Below are positions 24,179 through 37,589 of a DNA stretch of 64,000 bases, one piece after another. Under the pieces are notes generated by a model, which saw only the letters and a list, made by a program, of their open reading frames with translations, did no database searches and had not been told where the DNA came from. Both the position numbers and the translations under genes were made by a program. How positions within the stretch are numbered: the stretch's first letter is position 1; every line of letters starts with the position of its first letter. Source of the stretch: Prorocentrum cordatum (lineage: Eukaryota); NCBI GenBank assembly GCA_963575745.1, contig CAUYUJ010000001.1, forward strand, positions 2,852,001-2,916,000. Reading direction: 5' to 3'.

Positions 24179-24859
24179 GCGTTGGGGGAGCAGGAGGAGA
24201 AAGCAGGATGCATGAGCAGCAGGAGGGAACGATGGATGAGGAGAAGGGCGAGGAGAGCGAGTATCAAAACATGTTGGAGGGTTACCACGACGAGGAGAAA
24301 GGAACAACCAAGTATTAGAAATAATGATGGGGAACGGGACGGAGAGAGAGGATGAAGGTATCAACGCGCACGGCGGAGGAGGATGGGGGGAGGTGGAGGA
24401 GGAAAAGGCTGAGAATGATGAGGATGATGATGAACACAAATGAGTCGATGAGGAGAAGGGGGAGGAGGCAGAGGAGAAGGGAGGACGGGGAAGGAGTGGA
24501 AGGACGATGATAGGTGGAGGAGGAGGAGGAGGAGGAGGAGGAGAAGGGCGTGACCAAGACAGCATCCCAGAAGCCCGTGGCCCTCGCCGTGGTCTCCGCG
24601 TCGCCCCGGCAGACCCTGTGCACGTGGAGGATGGATGAAAACCGGAGGCCGCGCGCGACAAGTCCGGGGGGGGGGCCTGGAAAAGCAAATCGACTTGCTG
24701 CCTCGAGCCACGCGAGGGAGGGGAGACGGCGTCCTCCTCATCCTCCTTCCTCCTTCACCCGATCTTCTTATCACAAACTCCTCCTTGACGTACCCAGAGA
24801 CGTGTTGGCAGGGCGGGCCGAGCGTTTCGCCTGGGGCGTCCCCACCATTCATGACGGTT

Positions 24860-25700
24860 AATTGTAAATCTGAATCAGTTTCACGGGTGGAGGGCGGGTC
24901 TGCTTCGAAAAAAAGGCTCTCGCCTTAGCGCCGCGCACAGTCGTCTTCAGAGTACACAGTAGCTTCATGGTTGGATGGCGGGTGGTTGCTAAAATGTGCC
25001 TCTCGCCCCAGCGCCGCGCATATTCATTTGAAAAGCTTGCAGCGGTGTCGCGGATGGAGGGCGGGTGGGGTTGAAAGTGTGACTCTCGCCTCAGCGCCGC
25101 GCACATTCGTCTTAAAAGCGCGCAAGAACTTTACGGATGGAGCGAGGGGGGTCTCAAAGATCGACTCTCGCCCCAGCGCAGCGCACATTCATCTAACAAA
25201 CATTTGCTGCAATGTAACGGATGGAGGGCGGTACCTTTTCAAACTGTGCTCTCGCCTAAGCGACGCGCGCATTTCCCTTCACAGATTGCAGCAATCTCAC
25301 GGATTGAGGGCGGTACCTTTTCAAAATGCCGTTCTCGCCGTGGCGCGGCACACATTGATTTTTAGAGTGTAAAGCAGATCCACTGATGTGTATGGCTGCG
25401 GCTCAAGACTTGTGTTTTTGGCACGATGTAAGACTGTCAGGGCGCAACAGTTACATAGATCCGCGGTGCCGAAGTCCTGGATATGGCGTTCTGGCGCGAT
25501 CCAGGATCGTCAAGACGCTGCACAACGTGAATTCGCGGCGTTGACATCCTAAGGAGGGTGCCAGGTGCCCTGTGACGGTTCAGGACTTCCAAACAGATGT
25601 CTTCCAAAAGGGCACTTCCCTCTGTGAGCATGGCCCATTGTGGTGACCTGTGAAGAAGGAACTTGGAGGAAGGGTTTATTGCAACATCGTTGTTGAATAT
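24860..25700 (+). repeat. Interspersed repeat family C, copy 2
   Basis: Same ~80-bp sub-repeat and the same GGGCACTTCC...TTGCAACATCGTT tail as 16870-18050. Confidence 0.75.
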
Positions 25701-25914
25701 TCTGGCCTTCCTGCTCCATTTTCTCCCTCTTCCCACCTCCTCCTCCTCCTCCTCCTCCATCTCACCTCCTTCTTCCCTCTTCCCCCTCCGTTCCCGCTTG
25801 CGCTCCCGCACAGGGGAAAGGAAACAAGAAGGCAGAAGGAGGAGGAGGGAGGACGACTTGGAGGAGGGAGGGATACACAAATATGCTTGCACACAGAAAT
25901 ACATAACTACATAC

Positions 25915-26934
25915 ATCCTACCAGCCCTCTGGGCGCAGGTGGTCTAACGATGTCTCTCTTTCCTCTTCGACAAACCTGCTCAGGCTCGGGTGTTACTTAT
26001 GTGTTGGGAGGGCGGGTGGGAGTGAGCTAGACGGCTTGCGGGCGGGTGGGTAGCTTGACCCCTCCCCCTGCCCCCTCCCCTGGACCTGGACGGGGGGCTT
26101 CGCGAGCGGCCAGGGCGTCCAAGATAGCCTGAGATGGCTCCAAGAGAACCTCAGAGAGCCCAAGATGGCCTCCAGGATCGCCCAAGATAGCCCAACATGG
26201 CTCAAGATACATACCAACATGCCTCCAAGAGGCCCCGAGAGGGCCACGAGACAGTTCTAGGTGCTTTCGGCGACCCTGTAGGACCTCCCCGAGAAGCCAA
26301 AACCCTTCAAACACCATGAGAAAATCACTGATGTGTGCCTTCTCGCCTTCTCGCTTCCAATGCGTTTTTGTGGCGCCAAGGTGGCCTCAAGATGGCCCAA
26401 GAGAGCTCCAAGAAAGGCCCAAGAGGCCCCCCGCCCAAGATCGCCCCAAGAGGGCCCTAGCCGCAAGAAGCTATTCCGATGGCCCTGGAAGGGGGGGGGG
26501 GAAATCGAGGACCCCCCCTCCTTTGATCGATGAGCTCCAAGATGGCCCCGGGATGCGCTCCATAGCTCCGAAGAGGGCCCCAAGAGAGCTCCAAGAGGGC
26601 CCCAAGAACGCCCCATGAGGGCCCCAAGGCGCCCCCAAAGAGCCCCAAGAGGACCCCAAGCTCCCCCGAAGAGCCCCAAGAGGGCCCCAAGATGCCCCAA
26701 AAGAGCTGCAAGAGGACCCCAATATCCTCCAATACAGCCCCGTAGCTCCAAGAAGGCCCTGGGGATGGCCCGAAGAGGCCCTCCAAGGCCACCCCTTTGC
26801 TCCCTGAGATCTCTCTTGTTCACCCTGGTTGCCCGCTCTGTTTCACTATTTGTGTCTCTTCGTCCCTATTCCCGTCAGCTCTGATGGGCAGGGCTCCTAA
26901 ATTGGCTGGTGCGGACTCGCGACGCGTAAACAAT
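25915..26934 (+). mobile_element. CCAAGA-rich non-autonomous element with asymmetric termini and a 3' hairpin
   Basis: Left AT-CCTACCAGCCC with hairpin GCCC-TCT-GGGC. Right GGCTGGTGCGGA (26904-26915), CGC-GAC-GCG hairpin, TAAACAAT. ACATAC occurs on both flanks. Confidence 0.55.
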
Positions 26935-26977
26935 ACATACCTACAAACAAATCAATAGGTATACATATATATAGGGG

Positions 26978-27013
<36 letters not shown>

Positions 27014-27659
27014 AAAAATGTTTCTTCCCAAATATTGCTCTGCAGGGGCCGTAGCGGATATTGAAGGATTTGGCGAAAATGCCCAACCGATTTCGGTGGG
27101 TGGCCGGGTTCCCTGGTTCCCGGTTCTGAGTTTCCGGGTTCCTTGTAGTTGGTTCCAGGCCGATTTCGGTGGGCGGCGGGGTTCCCGGGATTCGGGGTTC
27201 CTGATTGATCTTTTCATCAATCGGTCTCACAATCCATCTTTCACTATCGATCCCACTATCGATCTCACCGAATCGATTTCAGAATCGGTCCCACGCGTCC
27301 TCACGATCGATCCCACTATTGATCTTACAATCGATGCCAATATCCGTATCACTAGTTGTCAAACCATCCGCTGATTGGGTTTTCCTCTTGGCTATATATA
27401 TATATGTACAATCAGAGAATACGACTTCCACGGGCACTACTGCATGTAGTCTGAACAATATACTTCAGGGAGGTCCCAGGAACCGATCCGCCCCCCCCCC
27501 CGAACAGAAAACTTCTGAGACCTCTCCAGGACCCTTCCACCCCCCCCGTCTGTGTAACCACTCCCCCACCCCCAGGAACCACCCTGCCAGGAACCACTCT
27601 CCCCTACCCCCTCCCCAACTCGCTGCTGGCAAACGACAGCGGTGTGACAACTGGGGCCA

Positions 27660-27995
27660 GAAGACGACGACTACGACGACGAGGAGCGACGAACGTGAAC
27701 GACAAATGACGACGACGAACGACGAAGGACGAACGACGACGACGGACAAATGACGACGGAAAATGGAGTACGGACTTCGGACTACGACGGACGACGACGT
27801 CCACGACGACGACGACGACGGAAGACGACGACGACGAACACGCCGACGACGCGAAGACGACGACACGACGACAACGAGGACGACGACGATGACGACAACA
27901 ACGGAACAACGACGACGACAACGACGGACGACGACGACGACGACACCGACGCGAAGATGAGGACACGATGAAAACGGCAACGACAGTGACGACGT
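27660..27995. repeat. Degenerate (GAC)n microsatellite
   Basis: Read directly. Confidence 0.85.
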
Positions 27996-28028
27996 CACAC
28001 GTAGAAATACACATACATGTATACGCGT

Positions 28029-28821
28029 ATCCGCCACCGTGCCCATGTGGCACAAAGCGGAACGTCCTCAGGTCTTTTGCCTAATTCACAGAGCATTCGT
28101 CCTCGCTGCTTAAAGATATTCAAGGAGCCCGATCCGAATTTCTCCAATACATCGGTTCCGATTAGCGGAGCGCCGCTCCGCCAGCTGGCCTCAAAACATG
28201 CGCGCCGATTGCCAGAATGCTGCGAATGGGACCAGCGGAGCGCCACTCCGCCAATCCGCCATATCGGAGCGCCGCTCCGCATTTGGGCCTCAACGCATGC
28301 GCGCCGATTCCTGGAGTGCACCGCAACATATTCGCAGAGCGCCGTTCCGCGAATTGGCCGCACAACATGCGATTCGCAGAATGCTCCGCGCCGGATTAGC
28401 GCAGCGCCGCTCCGCTAATTGGCCTCAAAGCATGAGAGCCGCTCCGCAAATTGGCATCAAAACATGCGCAGCAAACCCGCAATTCCCGGAGTGCTCCGCG
28501 TCGGATTCGCGGGATGCCGGTCGGCTAATTTGCATCAAAGCATGCGCGTCGACATTGCTTGCGTCGCAACTGCCTCCAAGAGTCCCCCGAGAGGCTCCCC
28601 ATGGTATCACATCAACGAGGCCTCGCCCTTGAGATGCCCCAAGAGGCCACCAACAGGCCCAAAAGAGTCCCCAAGAAGCTCCAAAACGGCTGCCAAGAGG
28701 CCTTCTCACTGCTCCCAAAAGGCCCCCGAGAGGCCTCCCACGAGATCCCAATCCAAACGAACATCCATCAGGCTTCGTACCCACAATCCAGGCATGGTGG
28801 GATAGGCCGAAAGCCATTCGA
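28029..28821 (+). mobile_element. Non-autonomous element with asymmetric termini, GCGCCGCTCCGC sub-repeats and a CCAAGA block
   Basis: Left AT-CCGCCACCGTGCC with hairpin GTGCC-CATGT-GGCAC. Right GGCATGGTGG (28791-28800) followed by GGC-CGAAA-GCC (28805-28815). Confidence 0.55.
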
Positions 28822-28964
28822 CCTGCTTGGCATGGGGACGGAAAACGTGTCTATTTTGTGAGGGCACGAGGTCGCTGGCTTAAAATCTTGGAGCCGTGTC
28901 AGGCTTCGGCACGACATACAAACATCTAACAATCAACCTTGCGAAAATCAATCAATGTTGCATA

Positions 28965-29560
28965 TACGGGCCTTCCTGGGGGTCCTTTTGGAGCTCTTCG
29001 GGCCCTGTTGGGCCGTCCGGGACCCTCTTTGGCTGTCTTGGCTGGCTTGAGCCGTCTTGGGGCCCTCTGGGGGCCCTCCTGGGTCCACTTGGGGGCCTCC
29101 TGGGACCCTCGTGGGGCTCTCTTGGGAACCTTGTGGGGCCCACAAAAGCCTTTCTTGGCACGTCTTGGGGCTCTCTGGCGCAGTCTTTCACGGCCACTTG
29201 GGCCGTCTTGGGGCGGTCTTGGGGCTGTCTTGGGGCGGTCGTGGGGGCCTCCTGGGCCGTTCTGGATGCTGTGAACACCAAAGAAGCGAATATGCTAAAA
29301 ATGCACGTTTTCCTTAGGCAATGGGGCGATGTTTGCCTCTTGGAGCTCCCTTTTGGGGGCCTCTTGGGGCGGGCTGTCTTAAAATCATATTGGGCCCTCT
29401 TGGAGCGCTCTTGGGCCGTCTCCGGGCCCTTTTGGACCTCTCCGACGCCGTCTCGGAAGTATATTGGGCGCTTTTGGGGCTGTCTTGGGCCGTTTTGGGT
29501 TCTCGTCGGCGCTCTTGGGGCTGACGTGGGCCGTCTTGGGCCGAAAATTGCCAACATTGG
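28965..29560 (-). repeat. CCAAGA-rich repeat in reverse orientation (TCTTGG units)
   Basis: TCTTGGGGCC/CTCTTGG units with the family's central AT-rich block inverted. Confidence 0.7.
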
Positions 29561-29655
29561 GGCCATTGGATTCGCGCCCCGTCTTGCCTACCCCCCACAC
29601 CCCCCTTGTTATTGCTCCCGACGAACGGATCGCGACGCTACGCGCGGTTTCCGTC

Positions 29656-30671
29656 ATCCGCCCCCCCCCTGTTGAGTTATCAAAGGGTGCCTGGCGTGCT
29701 AGATCCTACGGCTTGGTATCAGGTCTTCCCCAATAGAAAACCTTCTGGGGTTTCGGCGCGTGCCGCCAGACACCCAGAAAGCTTCATGCGAGGTGGTCGC
29801 AAAAGTTTTTGCTGCTTAAGATGGCTCTACAACGGCCCCAGAATGGCCTCCAATACGGCCAAGATGGCCCTGAAGTTCGCCCAAGATGGTCCAAGACTGC
29901 CCAAAAGGGTCGAATACGCCTCCAAATCCGAACAAGAAGCCTCACAGACGGCACCAGACGGCCCAAGCGTCCCCCAAGAGGCCTTGACGACGGCTCGAAA
30001 GGCCTCCAAGAGGTCCTCCAGGAGGGCCCGAAGAGGCCCAAATCATTGATTTCCAAATGGTTTTAAAGGATTTTGGCGTTTGCTTTTGTTCTGCCTTCCA
30101 GCGGCCCAAGACGGCCAAAGAGGCCCCCAATATCGCCCCCAAAGCGCACAGCCCCATAACGACCATAGTGGCCCCCAAGACGAGCCCCAAAAGGCCCCAG
30201 GACAGCCCATGAGGCCTCCGCGACGCCCAAGATGGCCTCCACGACGGCCCTGAAACACCCCCAAAAGGGCCCCAAGAGACCCCCAAGACGCCTTCAAACG
30301 GCATTTTGTGGGCCAAGAGTGCCCTAAGACCGCAAAAAAAGGCTCCCGTGAAGTCCCCAACGGCATCCAAGATGCCCAGGTAGGCCTCCAAGAGACCTCC
30401 AAGAGGCCCCAGCAAGCTCACAGGAGGCCTCAAGAGTGCCCCAAGCGGCTCCCAAGAGGTCTCCTCCCCCTCCTCCTCCTTGTTCCTCCCTCTCCTCATC
30501 CTCCTCAAGCCTCCTCTTTTTCCCCAACGTGTTCCCCGAAGGGTCTCCGCAACGGCTGGGGGGAACGCATGGTCCAACAGCGTGCCCAAACTTTGCCCAA
30601 AGGTTTCGCCACATAGGCGTGTCCTGAAAGGCAGGGGGCGGCAGTGATTCGCCGTAGGCGTCTTCGATGAA
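29656..30671 (+). mobile_element. CCAAGA-rich non-autonomous element with asymmetric termini and a 3' GTA-loop hairpin
   Basis: Left AT-CCGCCCCCCCCCCTG. Right AGGGGGCGGCAG (30633-30644), CGCC-GTA-GGCG (30650-30660), TCTTCGAT. The tail is homologous to 1755-1900. Confidence 0.6.
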
Positions 30672-30852
30672 AAATACGTATCGCGAAAAAGAGAAGGACA
30701 GAGAGTGAGAGAAGAGAGAGACCAAGAGAGAAATAAGAGAGAGAAAGAGAGAAAGAGAGAAAGAGAGAGAGGCACAAAAAACAAGAGACAGAGGGATATA
30801 TATATATAGAGAGAGAGAGGGGGGAACACATAATAAATAGAGAGAGATGATA

Positions 30853-30900
<48 letters not shown>

Positions 30901-31099
30901 GAGGGGGGGCGTTCAAGTGGTCCACGAGCACGGCCCAAAGCATTTGTGAGGAAATCCGCGCGCTCGGAGCAGATTCAATCAATGGGGCCTGCTCCCCGTG
31001 CTCAGCGCAATCTCTCATCGAATTCCCTGCGTGCGACTACCAGTCTACAGCCCGTGTGATGTCTTCACAGGCTCGGAAGTAAATCTCCCAACGCCACGC

Positions 31100-32400
31100 C
31101 AAGGCCCCAGCAACACCCGAATGGCAAATGACAGCTTCCGCGCTGAACCCCGTCCACATCAGCGGGCGCGCGGCCCAAACGCTCCCCCCCCATCAAATGC
31201 TAATCAGGCTTCAGCCTGAAGCAAGGGGGCCTCTGGGACCATCTACTCCTTTAAAGAGAATATGTGGAGCCTGGTTTTCCCGGAGAGCGTCCTCACCATC
31301 CGTTGGGCTAGCCCCAACAGCGAAGCATCACAGAAAGCTTGCACGTCTGGGTAGCATCCGCCATGCGGTCTCAACGCGCACTGGGGTGTGGCATTTCTTG
31401 TGCACTGAACGGTTCACTAACACGCGTCGCGGTGAGCGTGTACAGACCGAAAGGAGGGGACGGTGTCATGAATACCCATTGTGGTCCACATGTAGCACGA
31501 CTGCGCCACAAAATGGCGGAAGGCATGGGTGTAGACATTTCCCCACACGCCTTGGGTCGACATGGGTGTGCGTGGCGGCGTTCGGAGAAAACCCTTCCGA
31601 GGCCGATCAGGCTCGGAAACATGTCTCCGAACGCCACACCGAGGCCCCAATTGCACCCAAGAGACAAATGACGGCTTCGGCGCCCAACCCCGTCCGCATC
31701 AGCTGGCGCGCGGCCCAAACGCCCACCACATACAATTTTAAGCGGGCTTCCGCCTGCGAGGGGGGGAGGCCCTGGGGTGATTCAATCCTTACATGAGGAC
31801 TGTGCCAATGAGAACGGATGGAGCCTGGTTTGGGCGACTGTGCCAGGGGCGTTTTCAAAATCTGTTTGACTCCTGGTTTGGCCCAACCTGGCCTGGCCTG
31901 GTGTGGCCCCCGTGTTGACCTGGTCTGGGCCCGGTTTCGCCTGCGACATCCTCAATAATTGCTCTGTTTGGCATGGTGTGGCCTGGTCAGGACCCGGTTT
32001 CGCCTGAGACGTCCTCGGAATGTGCCTGGTTTCGCCCTGGTTGAGCCTGGTTTCACAACTTCCTTGGTGAGGCCAGCGCCAAAAAAAACTGCGCGAGGCT
32101 CTCGCAGCGAATCATCAGCGAATGTCTGCACGGTTGGGTAATACCCGTGGTGGTCGCCATACGGTCTCAACATGCAGTAGGGTGTGCCACGTTCTCTTCG
32201 ACATTGAACGATAAATCAACACATGGTGGGCGTGAACAGACCGAAAGGATGGCACGGTGTTATGAATGCCCGCTGTGGTCCACATGTAACGCGCCTGCGC
32301 TACAAAATGGCGGGCGGCATGGGTGTAGACATTTCCCAACACGCTGTGGGTCGACATGGGCGTGCGTGGCGGCGTTCGGAGAAAACCCTTCCGAGGCTGT
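31100..32400 (+). repeat. Local diverged duplication (A-B-A'-x-B')
   Basis: 31110-31290 matches 31650-31830 (CAAATGAC.GCTTC.GCGC..AACCCCGTCC.CATCAGC). 31340-31610 matches 32130-32400 (CAAAATGGCGG..GGCATGGGTGTAGACATTTCCC...GGCGGCGTTCGGAGAAAACCCTTCCGAGGC). Confidence 0.8.
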
Positions 32401-33859
32401 ATATCGATGGACCCCAATGTTCTTACACCCTAGACTGGGATCACGTGTCTGCCCCCGCGTGAAGAAATCTGTTGACAAAAACAGCGGCCTTCACGATGAC
32501 AGCGCCTGCTGTGATCCCCAAACACCATATGGACTGACACGGGGGCCGTGGAAAATCCGCGCACGCCCTCATGTTCGACGGAGGGGCGAGGGGCCGAAGG
32601 CGGGGATGGGAAGGGGGCACACGAGTTAAGGGAGGGGGTCCGCCCAATATACTCTGGAAACTATATCTTCGTCTCCCCCTTCTCCTCCGCCACGTCCTTG
32701 TGTCCATCCCCATCTTCATCCTCTCGAAACTGCGGGCTGCAGGGCCGATGCACCGCTGATTTTCGCCACGCTCTGGCCTCCGACGGATCGTGCAAGCTTC
32801 GATCAGCATGCCTTATGTACACGGGCCTGCCTTACAAAGTTGCGCCAGGCGGCAGGGGGCACGGAACTGCCTCACAAGTCAGCGCGCTGGCCGCGAAGAG
32901 CGTCCCAGCGCGCTCAAAAAGTAACAGCGGCGGCCCCCTCTGGCTGGAACGCCAAGTGCCCAGCGTGCGTTCCTGCCCGGACCACCACCCATGTCCCTGT
33001 CTCCCCTCCCTTCCTCGTCGTCGTCCTCCTCCTCCTCCTCCTCCTCCTCTTCCTCTACCACCCTCCCCCTCAATCCTCGCTCTCCTCGCGCTCCCTTCTC
33101 CCTCATCCTCCCGCAGCGTCGGCGCGGCAGGGCTATGCTGCAGGCCAGCGCCATCGACGCGCCCGACGCCTCCCCCCCCACCGTGCCCCCCTTACTCTGG
33201 CTCCACAAACATGCGATGTCTTGATTGTTTCCATACGGGGTCACCAGACATCCCGACCCTATCCCCAGGCCGATTTTTAACCGCGAGTCGTTTTTGGACA
33301 GTCCCAGGACCCAGCGAGGGCCCCTGGGGGCCGAAAACTACCAAGAACCTCTCGTTGTGATTTCGCCACGACGCGAGCATGCCTGAGTCACGCCGCGCCG
33401 CCCTTCCGATGTGCCCACGATGGCAGCGAAGGCTCCCGCAGCCGGCCTCCCTCGTCCGCGGAGCGACGAGCTCCACAGAGCGTTGGGCCGAGGCACGAGC
33501 TGCTGAGAGCACGTGCGCTGATGCTCTGCCGGGGTGGCCGGGCATCGGGGCACGCGGCCATCCTCGGCTGGCGACTGCTGTGTGCGAAGCTCCCCAAATC
33601 TTCGACGATGCGATTTTTTCCAATCTGGGCGTTTCTCCTCGATTTCGGCCTCCGGGGCCGGTTGCGGGGCCACATGGCCAGCAGGAACGGATGCGGGGCG
33701 AAACACTTGCGCCTGGAGAGGGGTCGGGACCCTGTGGTGCCGCTCGGCCTCCGAGGATCCTCACATTCGGACGGATCTTTTGGGGCAGCTCGGCCTCCGA
33801 GGGGTCGGACCTTTCGGGGTCGGGTCGTTGCATTGGAGCGGCTCGGCCTCTGAGGGTCC

Positions 33860-35330
33860 TTACTGCTGGGCGGCGGCACGTGCGCCACACAGCATCACGA
33901 GCGTAGCAGTGCGTGACTTTCCCAAGTGGCTCGTGACTGCGACTACCATATGCGTGCCGATAAGTGGCACGGCCAGTTCCACGCATGACTTAGGGACTCC
34001 CAGTACTGCGCGCCTCCGACGCGGAAGGTCTCTCTGCCTCGGACATCGGGCAGCGGTCTCGGGCAACGGCCACGTTCAAAGCGGGCGTGAGCACTTCCCA
34101 TGGCATCCATTTTCGCCACGCTGATTCAGCTGTCAATCTTCGAATTGCCAAGCCATGAGACTTGTAACAACGGTCGCTCGGCTCCCCTCGTGTTCTGCGC
34201 CTCAGAGGTCGCACCAGCCTAAGCCAAAGAGCGTACGCCCTGAGTCCAACTCAGAGATATATGCTCCTTCTTCTCCGCCTCCGTCTCCTTGTCCTCCGAC
34301 TGTCGCAGGGTGGGGGGGGGAGCGATCTACAAGCTAATCAAAAATGTGACATCCCAGCGTCCTTCCGCTGCGCACGTAGCAATGCTCCATGCCTTCTGTG
34401 CAGGAGCCTCGCGTAGCGACGGCAACCAGCCATGCAAAATCAGGAGACCTCGCGGCGGGCGGCCCGATAGGACGCCAGCTGCTGCGCCGCGTTCAGGGAG
34501 GAGGCCCGCCGGGACGTCCCCGACGCCCCTCAGACTGTGGGCGAATGACGCTCGCTCGATCGCTCGTGCCGTAGGCTGTGGCAGCCCATGGGTGCGCACG
34601 CTGGCAGATCAATTATGCCTGGCCGCATGGCGCACTCTTCGGCGCCACCTTGAGGCGTCGCTCGCTTCATCCTGAAACGAACAACTGTCACAGGTAAGTC
34701 GGGTTGCACCAGGTAGCACACCGCCCATCGCTTCTTTCTTGAGCGCCCCGACTCGCCAGCCAGCGAGTTGAGGGCGAGCGGCAAATCGCCATCAATTCGC
34801 TGGCTGGCGAAGCGGCCAAGCACGCCCTCGCATGTCGCCGAGGGACGTCTAAGGATGAGGCGCTGTTCGACGATGCCGCTGCGGAGACTAGGCGCGGGCT
34901 GCCAAACCCTGTGCGCGTGCTGGCGGAGGGTCATGTCCCTGAGGTGGAGTGGGTCCACCAGCAGCCGCGCCCGCGAGACCAGTGAGTCGTATTGGCGTGT
35001 GCCGACAGGCGCTCGATGTGCGCGCAGTGCCTGCGCGGCTTCAAGACCCGGAGCGCAAGCATTGCCTCCAAGTGCGGGCGGCAGGCGCCCCAGAGCTGGA
35101 GCGGACCTCGAGATGTTGCCAGCCTACACGTTCTGTGGGGCACGATCATCGGCCACGCGGGGCATCGCCCGAGCAGGGCGATGTCCTGGTGGACTGCGTC
35201 CAGCTTGCGCAGCATGCGCGGCCCCAGCCTCGAAGGCTGAGCTCAGACTTGCTCAGCGAGGCGCGGTATAGGGCGGAACGAATTCTAGAGCAGTGGGCCA
35301 TTATGAGCCTGGGATTTCTCACTCACGAAA
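33860..35330 (+). pseudogene. Possible highly decayed LINE (non-LTR) RT-thumb to C-terminal Cys/His region
   Basis: Fragments STHDLGTPSTARLRR (RDLG-like), GGPIGRQLLRR (GPxGA-like) and WRVP..RC/SMCAQC...LHVLWGT (Cys/His-rich C-terminus) lie in different frames with many stops. This is motif resemblance only. Confidence 0.3.
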
Positions 35331-36479
35331 GCGAGAACACGTGGGAGTAAACGACATTCGTTAGCTGGCACCGTTCGCGTCTACTAGAGGAAGGCAAACT
35401 GTGTCCTCCTCATTTTCTTTGCCTTCTCCCCCATCATCCTTCCTCATTCCCTGGCCCACTCTTCCTCTTCATCATTCCCCGCAATCCACGTCGCCAACAT
35501 CATGCCCCTTGGTCTCCTCGCTCTCCTTCTCCTCCTCCTGCTCCTCTTGATCCTCCTCCTCCTCCTCCTCCTCCTCCTCCTCTTGCTCCAGCTCCCCCCC
35601 CCCTCTCGTGCTTGTAATCCTCCTCCTGATCCTCCTTCTCCTCATCATCCCTCTGCTCCGCTCCTCGATTCCTCATGATCCCCATCGCCAAGCTGTCCCA
35701 CGACACTCTGGCGGCGAGCAATCAGGACCAGGGTGAAGGGTGGCGGGGCGGGATTCTCACAACCCAAAAATTGAACGACTCGAAAATATCAGCAATTACC
35801 AAACATCGAAAGACTCGGAAATATTCGAGCCAAAGATGTTCTGCGATGGCCCCTGGGCCATTAAGATACGATCCGGCATGAACAGAACCTGCCATCGGGA
35901 AATGGGCGAGAGCTCTTTCTTGCCTGCCCCCCCCCCCCGCTTCTCCACCCAGGCAGTGCCAGCGGGGTCATCACCAGGACGGGTCGCCATCTCCTCCTTG
36001 GGGACCCCTCTCCCCCAGAACCACCCAGAGCGCTCAAAGACGCACGAGCCTCGACCCCCCCCGCCCCTCCTCGAAATTGGACCCTCAAGACAGGAAAAGG
36101 CGACCCGACGAGTGGTGCCCCCACTCTGGGCACTGACTGACCGCAGGTTCCCCAAAGGACCGCCGGGAAGCTCAGATCCGGACTACAGATGGCACGCCCG
36201 AGGAGGCGTCAAGTATTACAAGGGCGCGCAGTGCAGCAGCGTCTGCAGAGGCCCGACCATGTAGTGGAAGAGGCGAAGGCGGGACAGACGCGATTGTGAC
36301 GATGGCGGCAACGACTAGGGACTACGACTGGTACTACGACTACGGATACGTCTGCGACTGCGACTACGACGACAAAAACGACGACGACGACGACGACTGC
36401 GACTACTATTACTACTGGGGTCAAGCCTCACCTTCGTGTCTCCTCAGAATGAACAGGTAAGGGTTCGGGTAAGGAAAGG

Positions 36480-37260
36480 GTTCGGATCTCGGGACACAAT
36501 ATAATTCGAAGCCAATAGGAGTACAATCGAATCCGGATACAATAGGTATACAAGAGATTTCGAATACTATCGGAATGCTGAACAATTCGAACACAGTAGG
36601 GAAACAATATAATCCAAATACAACAGGGATGCAAAACAATTTAACTACCCGAGGCATACAATAGAACTCGATACACCAGGCATTCACGAGAATTCGATTA
36701 CGATAGGAAGACAATGCAATCCGAAAACAATAAGTCTACAACCTATTTCATAGGCAATCGGAGTGAAATCAAACCGACAATCTTAGGAATTGACTAAGAA
36801 GCCGGATGCGATGGGACTACTGTATAATCCGAAGACACCAGGAACAACATAGAATTCGGAGACGTTCTAGGAATACGATAAAGTCCGACTACAATAGGAA
36901 TATACCAGACTTCGAAATACAATGGGAGAACACTAGAATTCGAATGCAATGGGAATACAACACACATCAAATACATTTGGAACGCAAGACAATCCTGATA
37001 CGATCGGTTTATAATAGAATTCGAAAGCAACAGGGGCACACTAGAATCCGAATGCAATAAGGATACACTGTAATCTGAATGCAACAGGAAGGCCATACAA
37101 TCCGAATTTCTTTCGGCTGTAAAAGGAATTCACTAGAATCCGAATACAATAAGAATGCAGCAACACCATAATACAATAGCAATACACTAGATTTTGTTTT
37201 ACAGAAAAAACTATATAGAAATACGCTAGAACTCGAACGCGCTAGGAATAAAACATAATT
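36480..37260 (+). repeat. AT-rich degenerate ~20-bp minisatellite (AATCCGAATACAATAGG-like)
   Basis: Recurrent AATTCGAA/AATCCGAA...ACAATAGG units. Confidence 0.65.
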
Positions 37261-37589
37261 CGTAGGCGGCACGAAAGTGAATTGTGAAACTGCCCTTTTC
37301 CTGTGTTTCCTGATCAAGGGCCTAATTCTCTTGCCGAATCATGAATGCTGCACGAAGGTGAGGTGTGGTGAACCCTACTCGAAGGCGGGGTGTGAAACTC
37401 AAGTTTTCCTGAACCCTCCTAAATGGATCCAATATTCCCCAATCAGAGCTTGCATCTGTAGGGGTCCTAGCGAATTCATATGGTTAGGTTAGGTTTGTCG
37501 CAAATTTTCGCTGCACGCCTGAGTGCCCAGGTGCCAGGGTGCCCCGGTGCCCGGGTGCCTGGGCGTGCCCTGGGGTGCCCGGAGCTGCC

